Of a stretch of 64,000 nt of DNA, positions 21,626-31,020 are shown in pieces. Position numbers and translations under genes: made by a program. Under the pieces are notes generated by a model. That model saw only the letters and a list, made by a program, of their open reading frames with translations. It ran no database searches and was not told the DNA's origin. Source of the stretch: an uncultured bacterium (GTDB lineage Bacteria; Verrucomicrobiota; Verrucomicrobiia; Verrucomicrobiales; DEV007); contig CAXBMO010000004.1 of assembly GCA_963977015.1 (NCBI GenBank), forward strand, positions 320,001 to 384,000, in the 5' to 3' direction. The stretch's first letter is position 1. The number at the start of each line of letters is the position of its first letter.

Positions 21626-23959
21626 TCAATTGGCAGCTCGGACCTGGATCATCCGCTCGCAGGAACGACCACGATCATCGATGGCACGAACCGTGTAGGG
21701 ACCAACGATGGGAGAATCCCAAAACAAGGTATCCTCGGGCGGACCGGAGCCAAGAAACTCCTTTCCCGCGTACCAGAAAATGCGCCGCGCATCCGCATCC
21801 GCCGCCACCCGCAAGGGAATGTGAGTGAGTTCACCGCGCAGCGTGTAAATCGTATCCGGCTCTGGAGAAACGATTCGAAGCGGCGTTCCGGCGGACGCTT
21901 CGGCTGATCCTGCGCCGTGCCGAAACGGCGGAGGCTGGTTCATCGCGATACCGGCTTCGCGATAGAGTTGCAGAAGATCCGACGGCCAAAACTCGTAGAC
22001 TTTTCTGCTCACCTCTCGTGTGCCGTCATTCTCTTCCGGGCGAAGACGAAGACCGGTTTCCGCATCGATCGCCACCTGGCGGTGGATCGCGCAGGTGTCG
22101 ATCGGCGAACGGCCCGGAATAAACCAGCCCTCTCGAGAAGTCGGACAATGGGTATTCGGCATCTGACCGGAAACCGCACAGAGATTGATGCGACGAAGAT
22201 TGAGCCCGGTGGGCTGGGCAACGTAGCCGGATTCGTCAGGCTGATGCGCTCGAAGGGATCCGATCATGTCAAAGAGCAAAGGCGCAGTGGCTTCCCGCGC
22301 CACAAAGGAGGCATTGCCCGCCCCCCGAAAGTCTCCGATCCAGAGACCCAGAACATAGCGATCGAACACCGCAACCGCCCAGGCATCGCGGAAACCATGG
22401 GAAGTTCCGGTCTTCCAATACACCGGGCGATCGCGGCTGATTCCGTGGCGGCGGGACATGCCGGGCGCAGGAATGTCCCGAATCATGGAGAGGGTCAGGA
22501 AGGCGGCTTCCGGAGAAAGAATCTGGTGGCTGACGATCGGACCGGGATCCTCGTCGGAGTAGACAAGCTGTCGAAGATTCCCATCGTTGGGCAGAATGGT
22601 ATAGAGCCGGACGAGCTCCTCGAGACTGACCTCGGCACCACCGAGCGCAAGCGAGAGCCCGTAGTGGGACGCGGGATGCGGCAAGTCGATGCCGCCCCGC
22701 TGGAGGAAGGCGTAAAAGCTGGGGCGCTTCAGCGTCGCCATCAACGCGACGGCGGGAACATTTCGGCTGCGTTGCAACGCTTCCGTCGCCGAGAGAGGCC
22801 CGCTGTATCCTCGATCAAAATTCTCCGGGCTGTAGGCCCCAAAGGAGGCTTTGGCATCCTTGAGCAAGGTGTTGGGATGAATGATGCCCTGTTCGAGACC
22901 GAGGGCGTAAATGAACGGCTTGAGCGAAGACCCAGGTGAACGCCGCATTCGTATCCCGTCCACCTGTCCCTGAATCGGGACGTTCCAGAAGTCGCCAGAG
23001 CCAAGATAGGCGCGAACTTCCATGCTCGTCGTATCAACGAGCAGAGCGCTCGCATTGCGGAGTCCGATGCCGTGGTGACGCCGGAGGTAGGCACTCATGG
23101 ATGCTTCCAAAACCGCCTGTTGATCGCGATCGATCGTGGAGCGGATCTCAGGAACGAGCGGAAATTGTCTCAGGAGACGACGCGTCAGATGCGGCCCCTC
23201 GAAGGGACGCGTCGCCGGCTGGGAAATGGTAAACTGAGCGTCGAGCGGATCTGCCGCGAGACCTTCCTGGTCGCGAAATCGGGCGAACAGCCGGGCCTGG
23301 GCTTCGGCGAGATGCGGATTGCGCGAACCATCCCGAGCCGGCGTCCGGCGAGCCGGGCTTTGCGGAATCACGCTGAGGGCAATGGCTTCGCGGCGAGTTA
23401 ACTCGGAAGGCGCTTTGTCCAGATAGATTCGACTGGCCGCCCCGATCCCTTCCAGATTTCCACCGTAAGGCGCAAGATTGAGATAGGCTTCAAAGATCTC
23501 TTCCTTGGAGTAGTGACGCTCAAGCTGAACAGCTCGAAACATCTGCGCGACCTTCCCGGGAATGGAACGGCTCCGCATCCCAAAACGCAGCCGGGCCAAC
23601 TGCATCGTAATGGTGGAACCTCCCGTGCGCGGGCCGCCCGTGACCATGTTCCAGGCGGAACGAACAATCGCCGATGCATCCACGCCGGAGTGCTGATAGA
23701 ACTTGCGATCCTCGTGAAGCAAGGTCGCCCCCTGCAGCTCTTCGGAGATGTGGGCCAGCGGCGTGAAGATGCGATATTTGTCGTCCTGACTCAGGGTAAT
23801 GCGGAGAACCTGGCCGGAACGATCCAGGACAACCTGGGAGAATCCCGCGTTGGACGGATAGATTTCCGGCCGTGGCAGGAAAAGCCAAATGCCCGCCAAA
23901 AGCAGGACCATGCCGCTCGCAATTCGAACCGATCGTTTCCAGTGCTTCATGTTCACCAC
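21626..23959 (-). CDS. pbpC: Penicillin-binding protein 1C
   Basis: Transglycosylase EDRKF and GGSTITMQLAR; transpeptidase S.LK, SRN, KTGTS; C-terminal BiPBP_C-like domain; directly follows the macroglobulin gene. Confidence 0.95.
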   Translation of the reverse strand: MVNMKHWKRSVRIASGMVLLLAGIWLFLPRPEIYPSNAGFSQVVLDRSGQVLRITLSQDDKYRIFTPLAHISEELQGATLLHEDRKFYQHSGVDASAIVRSAWNMVTGGPRTGGSTITMQLARLRFGMRSRSIPGKVAQMFRAVQLERHYSKEEIFEAYLNLAPYGGNLEGIGAASRIYLDKAPSELTRREAIALSVIPQSPARRTPARDGSRNPHLAEAQARLFARFRDQEGLAADPLDAQFTISQPATRPFEGPHLTRRLLRQFPLVPEIRSTIDRDQQAVLEASMSAYLRRHHGIGLRNASALLVDTTSMEVRAYLGSGDFWNVPIQGQVDGIRMRRSPGSSLKPFIYALGLEQGIIHPNTLLKDAKASFGAYSPENFDRGYSGPLSATEALQRSRNVPAVALMATLKRPSFYAFLQRGGIDLPHPASHYGLSLALGGAEVSLEELVRLYTILPNDGNLRQLVYSDEDPGPIVSHQILSPEAAFLTLSMIRDIPAPGMSRRHGISRDRPVYWKTGTSHGFRDAWAVAVFDRYVLGLWIGDFRGAGNASFVAREATAPLLFDMIGSLRAHQPDESGYVAQPTGLNLRRINLCAVSGQMPNTHCPTSREGWFIPGRSPIDTCAIHRQVAIDAETGLRLRPEENDGTREVSRKVYEFWPSDLLQLYREAGIAMNQPPPFRHGAGSAEASAGTPLRIVSPEPDTIYTLRGELTHIPLRVAADADARRIFWYAGKEFLGSGPPEDTLFWDSPIVGPYTVRAIDDRGRSCERMIQVRAAN

Positions 23960-26900
23960 TTATTTCACGACGATTCGGCCCGGTAATCCGCGCGCCCGCA
24001 CCGAGCGATCATACATCGAATCCGCCAGAACCGGAGGCACGATGAACTCACCTCGCCGGGTAGGGGTGATCTTGTAGCGCAGCAATTGCACCTGCGGTTG
24101 CGCCACGCCGAAGAGCACGACCCGATCCTCCCGAACCTCGTTGAACGCCATTCCCGGCAAGGTCGAGCGCCCGGCCGACAAACTCTCCCGCACCACCTCA
24201 AACCCACCGGGCAACAGATCGGTTAGTGCGACATTGGTGATGGTTTGCCCCTGCTTCAGACTCCGGAGTTGGAGCTGAACGGTAATCGGCTCACCCAGGG
24301 TCGCTTCCGCCAGCGGGTTCCCGTCCTTGTCGAGATAGAGTCGCTCGACCTCAATGCCTTCGCGCAAGGGCTCCGTCGGAACGGTTCGCTCGAAACCGCC
24401 TTCCGTGACCTGATAAAAAATCCCGGACGGCCCGCCTCGGGACGGTGCCGCCGAAAACTTGACCGCATCAGCAGAAAGCGGGACCCCGGCCCGAACAAGC
24501 TTGGTTCCTTCCGTCGGCAGCGCCAACGTGGAATCATCGACGACCTGAGCCAACTCCAACTGAATTGGGAACTGGTCGGCCAGCTCAGAATACCCTTTGA
24601 GAGCCAACACACTGTAGGCAGCGCTGAGGGTACTGAACTCATTGCGGAGAAGAGGATCGAGCAGCGTGCGCAAATCATCACCACTCAGCTTCTTGGCTTC
24701 TTCGGGAAAGTGCCGAGTCAGAATCGCGAGATACTGAGCATCCTGAGCCAGTGCCGGATGAAAGTCATCTTCGGGCGCATCGTCCTTGGCCGGAGGTCGT
24801 TGGCTCGCTCGCTGATAGCCACGAATGAGCCGAGCCGCTTCGGTGCGCTGCTTGAGCAATTGATACGAACCCGCCAGATAGACCGCGGTCAGATCCTTCT
24901 GCCAGGCTTCTTCCTCAGCATTTTTTCTCAGGTAGTCACGCAGGTTGAGAATGTAGTTGGTCGTTACCACGCCGTTCCGGGTCAGCACATAAATGGCGTA
25001 GGCCTGGTCGCGGCAGTCCTGCTTCTCGAGCTTGGTCACTGCCGCCATTTTCCGAAGATTACCCAACGCCCGGGAATGAAGGGCTGGAGGAACCTCAAAT
25101 CCCGCGATCTGAGCCTCGCTGAGATAGTGCGTGGCGTAGATGCTGAGAAAATCGATCGCAGGCGTCTTGGCCGAATACCAATAGCCGAACCCGCCGGAGC
25201 TATTCATCCGGTTCCGCAACATTCGGCAGGTCGCATCCACCTGCTTCTGCACTTCTGCCTTGGTCAGGCCAAAGTCTGCTTCGTCAGCAATGAGCAACCG
25301 GGCCAGTGATCCGCTCACGAGTTGTTCCGTACAGCCATGGGGATACTTGGCGAGGTATTGATCCAAGCCGCGAGTCAGGCTGAGAGGCAACACCGAGGCG
25401 CTCGCTTCCGCCTGATGAAATTCTTCGTGCAAGTCGCGCCCCAGCGACACGTCGAGAGTCGATTTCCCGGTGTAACCGCTTTGCACAATGGTCGTGTAAG
25501 GCGTCGCCGGCCGAATGCTGAGCGTGGACGTTCGGGTGGAGGTTTCGTTGCCGCCGCTCGCCGCAAATTTGAGGGAGGCGCTGCCCAGTTCCCCGGTCGC
25601 ACGAACCCGGAAGGTCAACGTTTCCTCGCGCTCACGGGGAATGGTCATTCCAGCGGGCGGAGGCGTGATCACCTCAAGGTGCTTGCTTGGAGTGACGGTC
25701 AGGCGAATTTCAGCCTCTTCGCCAGTCTCAGGATCCAGGTTATTCCCCAACGTTACAGAGACATCAAACTCGTCACCCGGCGCGGCAAACGTCGGCACCC
25801 CGGGATTGATCAACACCGGGCTGACCAACGTGGTGCGGCTCTCGGCGTGGCCCATTCCATCGCGCGACGCCGCGATCGCCATCACCCGAAGGCTGCCATT
25901 GAAATAGTCGGGCACGTCATAGGTCACTTCGCGGACTTCGGGACCCGCATCCAAAATGCCGGACCAAAACACGACCGGCGCATCGGTGAGCCGCTTGAAT
26001 GGATTGAGCTGAAAATCCGCACCGCCTCCAAAGGCGGAAAGTTGCTCCTGAATGTGACGATGCTCGGGAATGAGGAGATCCAGGATCTGGTAAGTTTGGC
26101 AGAGCAGGGCCCGCTTTCGCTCGAAGTGCGGCAACGGTTTGGGCGTTTCATAGCGGGTAACCTGGAGGATTCCCTCGTCCACCGCGAAGATCGCAATCTT
26201 GCAGTTTCGATCGGCCTGGTAAGGGATGCGCAACGGTTTGCCGGGACGCGCCTTCTCCGCCGGATCGAGGGTCAATTTGATTTCGCGGGAATCATTGACC
26301 ACGCGAAACGGGGTAACCGCGTAACTGAGCGGGCTCATGAAGATTTCCGGAGAATCCAGGGATCGCACAAACGTCACATTGACGTAACCAGTTCCCTCCA
26401 GTTCGTCCGGAACCGCGATCGTCTGAACCGAACTGTTCGTGGTCGTGGTGAAGTATTTGTGCGCGTAAACGCGATCGCGCTCAATCGTGAGCAATCCCGT
26501 GCCGGTAAACGGAGCCGTGATGCTGAGCTCAATCTCTTCGCCACGCCGATATTCCGGCTTCGCCAGTTTGACGAACAACTCCGCATTGTCGTCGAGCGAC
26601 CGGCTCCGGTTTCCCTTGCCAACCACGGAGTATCCCATCTTCGAGAGAAGGTTCCCCTCGGCATCGGAAACCAACAAGCTGAACTCACCGGGCGCCTCGG
26701 TCGGCAGGGCCAGTTCAAAACCATCGGACTGGCCGATGCTCAGCGTTCCCGAGGCAACCTCACGCTCTTTCTTGACCGATTGATAGGCAAAATCGCCACT
26801 GCCCTGTTCTTTCAGAATGGAAACGTAGTAGGTTTCCTCAACGCTATAATTGAGATCCTGGAGATCGATCTTCTCCAATTGCGGATTCACGGCCACGAGC

Positions 26901-29806
26901 TGCACCTTGCGAATCCCGTTTGCCGGAATATAGCGCAATTCCCCATCCGGCTTGTAGCCGACGGCGTGTGGCAGGGGCGAAACCAGGAGACGATTGCTGT
27001 AGGCCTTCACGCTTCTCCCGCTATCGGGTTCGAACACCTCGGCTTGAAAGGAAACGCTGTAGGTCGCCGTTCCAATCGCGCTCATATCGATCGGAATCGT
27101 CACCGCCCCGTTGTCGTCCGTCTGGCTCTTCTTGGTGGCCCAGGTGTGGTACTTGGCCGCCTTGAGATTGCGGTCGAAAAAGACGTAATCCGGAAAGTCG
27201 TCGAAAGAGAAGCGAATCGGACGAGCGGTGACACTGCCCGATACCGAACGCTTTGTGGCCGGGGTCCCGTAGAGGTTCTGAGCATTGACGCTCGCGCTCA
27301 ACCCTGCGGGCGGGATCCAGCCTTTGCCGGACTCCGGCGTAACCTTGGTGCTTACCTTCATCGTGTCCGGCAGGAACTCTTCCACTCGGGCGGAGGTCGA
27401 GGCGAGCAAGGTATCCCTCTGCTTCTTCCCATCCTCATCTTCCTCGTGAACGAGGTAGGCATACAGTTTGTACTCGCCGGTGGAAGACGCGTATTCCGTC
27501 GGGCACTCAAAGTCCGCAAACCCGGACTGCGGCAACGAAACGAGTTGCTCCAGAATGGTTGAGTTGCGGGCGTCTTGAACCACGACCTTGATCGGCAATC
27601 CCGCCAGTTCGCCGCTCCAATCCCGCGGCTTGATGATAAGACCGGCGTGGATCGTATCTCCCGGTCGATACACGCCGCGTTCCGTAAACACAAATCCATC
27701 CAGATCACCAGCGGTGGGCGCGGAGAGACCACCGACATCAAACCGGGAGAAGCTGACGTGCTGCTGATAACGATTAAAGGGGATGAAACTGAGATCGCGA
27801 TCCTTGCGCGCCACGATCGCAACCGGCTGACTCTCGTCTCGAGCGGCTTCGTCCACCGCGGCCAACGTCGCACGCCCAGTTGAATCGGTTACCCCACTCA
27901 CCAACGGCACGCCGTTTTTTCCCAGGACCTGGACTTCCACCGCATCAACCGGAACTCCCAACCCTAACGACTGCACAAAAACGTCGCGCGTCCGGTCGTG
28001 GTTCACCTTGACGACAAGCCCCAAATCCGTGATGAGGACAAACGCGTTATCCCCTTCCTGACCGCCGCCCTTGACGGCTTTCTCTTCCTTGGGATCCCAA
28101 CCCAGCACTCGCAGAAAATAGAGACCCCGATTCAGATCGGGATCGTCCTGGTCCTCCAGATCGAGGAGACGGGAAAAGTCGAGGGTGGAATAATTCGCAG
28201 CATACGAGTCCGAGGAAAGGATGCTTTGCAGCTGCTCGGTGTAATGCCCGAGATTGGTGTCGTTGAAGTTTCGGGAAAAACCGGGGCGGTTAAAATTCCC
28301 GCTCGTCTGGCTCACCAGGTGGTTGATCTCTCCGGCCGGGACGCGACCCAGTCGATACTTCAATCCCGGGAGGTTGCGGGACTTCACCGTGATTTTCCGG
28401 TCTCCAGTCATCGCGAGCAGCCCGCCAAAGCGACCGAGCACATACAGCTCCCTTGGCCCCTGGGGCACGTTTCGCGTGGCGCGATATTCCTCCGCCAATC
28501 GATACCCTCCCAAAGCCGGCGTATCCTTGTCCACCACACAGAGGAGCTGCCGTTCTTCGGGAAGCCGGTCGAAGGTGAAGTCGTAGCGGTCAAAGTGCGT
28601 CCGGCGCTGATCCACGGGCTTGTCCGCATCCTCTCTCGCGTCCGGCGTCAGCTTCACTTCCGTCGACGTTGCGAGGATCTCCTGGCTGACCGAGTCAACC
28701 GTCCAACCCGTCTCCTCCGGCATCAACGGATCCGGATTCTCAGGCTTTTGCCACTTCGGAAGCAGGTAAACCTTGAGATGCTTCAGAAAATCCTCCGGGC
28801 TGGTCAGCCCCTGCGTCCGAATACGCAAGTGCGGTTCGGGCTCGCCGCTATCCTTCCGACGCGTCCCGACAAACACATCCTTGATCTGAAAATAGCTGTA
28901 GAGATCCGGAATCTTCACTTTGCCGGGGATCGCCTTTTCAGTTCGCGAATCCCCCAACGCCACCGGCATCCCGGACTTCAACGTCACCTGGACGAAGTCT
29001 TCTTTTCCCGGCAGTTCAATCGGCTTGGTCCGGACATAGGCGAGACGATCGAAGTCACCCAACCGAATCTCCTCGAGCCGCTCGTCTCCGGCAAACAAGG
29101 GCGCGTCCCCCAGAATCGCAATGTCCAAATGCTTGCGCAGGTCCACCTCCTTCACGCCATGGCTGAACTTGTAAGTGACGACCGCCTGCTTGATCTCCGG
29201 ATTTTTGGGGTTCTGATAGAACTCACCTCTGACCACCTGAGCTGTGAATTTGGCGGTCGCGAATTCCAGGACCGGTTCCTGCAGCGCAACCGTATCGACC
29301 AACAGCCTCTTCGGCTGCATGACCACTTCGTAGGTTCGATCCGGCAACCAGTCGTCGCTAGGGGTAAAGATGAGAACCTTGTCGTTCAGCCATTTCCACG
29401 CGCCGGCGAGCTCGGGTTTGAGCCGAATCCCCTCGGTCACGACACCCTTGCTTGGTTCCGCCAACAGCGCGAGGGGAGCCGAAGCCTCGCTGAACTGCAA
29501 TCGCAACGATGCAGGAACCAACCGGTTCTCCCCATCGATTCTTCGCACGGCGGCAATGCCCGGTTCGCTTACTTTGATCGTCACCAAATTGGGAGGAACC
29601 TTGTCAGGCTGCGCCGCGAGCCAGATCCACACGCTCCCCAGGATCAGCGCAAGAGCGGCCAACGAGATGGAAAATTTTGGTCGCGCGGAGAGCCACTTCC
29701 AGGCGGGCCTGGGCCATGGTGGCGGAGTCCACTTCACCGAAAACGAACCAACCAGGTTCGAGAGAAACGATCCGAGTCGGGACAGGAATTTGGACATAGA
29801 TAACAA
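23960..29806 (-). CDS. Bacterial alpha-2-macroglobulin (YfhM-like)
   Basis: 1948 aa; FTERGVYRPGD, AVDEGIL, thioester motif YPHGCTEQ, DLLPGGFE, REDRV; start is TTG 29806 or ATG 29797. Confidence 0.95.
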   Translation of the reverse strand: MLSMSKFLSRLGSFLSNLVGSFSVKWTPPPWPRPAWKWLSARPKFSISLAALALILGSVWIWLAAQPDKVPPNLVTIKVSEPGIAAVRRIDGENRLVPASLRLQFSEASAPLALLAEPSKGVVTEGIRLKPELAGAWKWLNDKVLIFTPSDDWLPDRTYEVVMQPKRLLVDTVALQEPVLEFATAKFTAQVVRGEFYQNPKNPEIKQAVVTYKFSHGVKEVDLRKHLDIAILGDAPLFAGDERLEEIRLGDFDRLAYVRTKPIELPGKEDFVQVTLKSGMPVALGDSRTEKAIPGKVKIPDLYSYFQIKDVFVGTRRKDSGEPEPHLRIRTQGLTSPEDFLKHLKVYLLPKWQKPENPDPLMPEETGWTVDSVSQEILATSTEVKLTPDAREDADKPVDQRRTHFDRYDFTFDRLPEERQLLCVVDKDTPALGGYRLAEEYRATRNVPQGPRELYVLGRFGGLLAMTGDRKITVKSRNLPGLKYRLGRVPAGEINHLVSQTSGNFNRPGFSRNFNDTNLGHYTEQLQSILSSDSYAANYSTLDFSRLLDLEDQDDPDLNRGLYFLRVLGWDPKEEKAVKGGGQEGDNAFVLITDLGLVVKVNHDRTRDVFVQSLGLGVPVDAVEVQVLGKNGVPLVSGVTDSTGRATLAAVDEAARDESQPVAIVARKDRDLSFIPFNRYQQHVSFSRFDVGGLSAPTAGDLDGFVFTERGVYRPGDTIHAGLIIKPRDWSGELAGLPIKVVVQDARNSTILEQLVSLPQSGFADFECPTEYASSTGEYKLYAYLVHEEDEDGKKQRDTLLASTSARVEEFLPDTMKVSTKVTPESGKGWIPPAGLSASVNAQNLYGTPATKRSVSGSVTARPIRFSFDDFPDYVFFDRNLKAAKYHTWATKKSQTDDNGAVTIPIDMSAIGTATYSVSFQAEVFEPDSGRSVKAYSNRLLVSPLPHAVGYKPDGELRYIPANGIRKVQLVAVNPQLEKIDLQDLNYSVEETYYVSILKEQGSGDFAYQSVKKEREVASGTLSIGQSDGFELALPTEAPGEFSLLVSDAEGNLLSKMGYSVVGKGNRSRSLDDNAELFVKLAKPEYRRGEEIELSITAPFTGTGLLTIERDRVYAHKYFTTTTNSSVQTIAVPDELEGTGYVNVTFVRSLDSPEIFMSPLSYAVTPFRVVNDSREIKLTLDPAEKARPGKPLRIPYQADRNCKIAIFAVDEGILQVTRYETPKPLPHFERKRALLCQTYQILDLLIPEHRHIQEQLSAFGGGADFQLNPFKRLTDAPVVFWSGILDAGPEVREVTYDVPDYFNGSLRVMAIAASRDGMGHAESRTTLVSPVLINPGVPTFAAPGDEFDVSVTLGNNLDPETGEEAEIRLTVTPSKHLEVITPPPAGMTIPREREETLTFRVRATGELGSASLKFAASGGNETSTRTSTLSIRPATPYTTIVQSGYTGKSTLDVSLGRDLHEEFHQAEASASVLPLSLTRGLDQYLAKYPHGCTEQLVSGSLARLLIADEADFGLTKAEVQKQVDATCRMLRNRMNSSGGFGYWYSAKTPAIDFLSIYATHYLSEAQIAGFEVPPALHSRALGNLRKMAAVTKLEKQDCRDQAYAIYVLTRNGVVTTNYILNLRDYLRKNAEEEAWQKDLTAVYLAGSYQLLKQRTEAARLIRGYQRASQRPPAKDDAPEDDFHPALAQDAQYLAILTRHFPEEAKKLSGDDLRTLLDPLLRNEFSTLSAAYSVLALKGYSELADQFPIQLELAQVVDDSTLALPTEGTKLVRAGVPLSADAVKFSAAPSRGGPSGIFYQVTEGGFERTVPTEPLREGIEVERLYLDKDGNPLAEATLGEPITVQLQLRSLKQGQTITNVALTDLLPGGFEVVRESLSAGRSTLPGMAFNEVREDRVVLFGVAQPQVQLLRYKITPTRRGEFIVPPVLADSMYDRSVRARGLPGRIVVK

Positions 29807-29874
29807 GAGGCTTCAGAGCGAATACGCATGCAACGGAAATTCCTTTCAGAATCCGGCAAAAAACGCTTCGAAAA

Positions 29875-29933
29875 AGCGGTCAGCTTTCAGGCGTCAGCTG
29901 TCAGCTTTCAGGCGTCAGCTGTCAGCTTTCAGG
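29875..29933. repeat. Heptamer tandem repeat (AGnnnTC x8) with 21-bp higher-order period
   Basis: agcggtc agctttc aggcgtc agctgtc agctttc aggcgtc agctgtc agctttc agg. Confidence 0.9.
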
Positions 29934-29983
29934 TTCGGCGCCACAAGCTCTTGGAAAACGCGAGGTCTGCGACGTCCCGTTTC

Positions 29984-30871
29984 CTACGGCTTGCCCACCG
30001 GTTCATCGCCCAAAAACTGTTGGCGGATGTAGTTCGTTGCCCGCTTGGCGGAGCCTGATTCTCCGCCCCCGGAAACACCGTGGTTCCCGCCCTTGACGAT
30101 GTACAACTCCACCGGAACGCCAGCGCCTTTCAATGCGGTTTCCAGCACCTCGGCATGTTCAAACGGCACGACGACGTCGGCATCGCCATGGACGATGAGA
30201 ATCGGGGGATCGTCTTCTGAAACAAAGCTCAAGGGCGACACGTCCTTTTTGAGATCCACCGACATTTCAGAGGCTGGAGTTCCCGGTTTGTATCCCAGCA
30301 ACTGCCGGTAGGCCGGGTGCTTGTGCTCGACCTTTCCGAGGAGGCCCCAATCCGTCGGTCCGGCGAACGGGATCGCGAAGGACACTCGGGAACTGAGTTT
30401 GGAAACCGGGTCGTCCGCGCCCGGATCCTGTTCGTCGTCCTGCAACGCGACGTAGGCCGAGAGATGCCCGCCGGCCGAGCCGCCCGTGACCCCGATGCGC
30501 TTCGGATCGAGATTCCACTCACCAGCATGGTGCCGGATGAATTGAATCGCGCGGGCACAATCATCGACCTGCGCCGGATGGATGGCGACATTGGTAAAGC
30601 GATACTCGACCGAAACGACGGCAAGCCATCCCGCAGCATTCGCTTCCGCCAAATAGCGTGGAATGCGATTCTTCGAGCCGGCACGCCATCCTCCGCCGTG
30701 AATGTAAACCATGACCGGGGCCGGTGCCTCCGAGTCGGCGAGGTAGACATCCAGAATTTGAGTGGGATGCTCATCATCATAGGGAACATCTTTGTGCGTT
30801 GGTGTCTGAGCATGGGCGATGAGCGGGCTCAGCCCAAACAGGGCGAGGAGGAGTCGAATCGGGGTTTTCAT
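29984..30871 (-). CDS. Secreted alpha/beta hydrolase (HSL/BD-FAE-like esterase)
   Basis: Signal peptide; IHGGGW, GGSAGGHL, HGDADVVVP, GGNHG. Confidence 0.9.
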   Translation of the reverse strand: MKTPIRLLLALFGLSPLIAHAQTPTHKDVPYDDEHPTQILDVYLADSEAPAPVMVYIHGGGWRAGSKNRIPRYLAEANAAGWLAVVSVEYRFTNVAIHPAQVDDCARAIQFIRHHAGEWNLDPKRIGVTGGSAGGHLSAYVALQDDEQDPGADDPVSKLSSRVSFAIPFAGPTDWGLLGKVEHKHPAYRQLLGYKPGTPASEMSVDLKKDVSPLSFVSEDDPPILIVHGDADVVVPFEHAEVLETALKGAGVPVELYIVKGGNHGVSGGGESGSAKRATNYIRQQFLGDEPVGKP

Positions 30872-31020
30872 GGGTTGATGGGTGGGACGAGGAAGGCGAG
30901 TTGGTTCCCGATCCCTTGCTTGCTTCTACCACTCGACCACCCCGGTTTGCAAGCCATTGCACACCCCTCTCCTTCTCTCGACTCCGCCAGTTTCCCTGAA
31001 TTCCCGAAATTCGTTCCCGA

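Noticed and set aside
24245-29803. Long plus-strand ORFs (354, 746 and 601 aa) opposite the macroglobulin gene
   Set aside because: Typical stop-poor antisense frames of a GC-rich gene, with no recognisable domains.
29875-29933. Repeat array as a mini-CRISPR
   Set aside because: The units are contiguous with no unique spacers, and there are no cas genes in the window.
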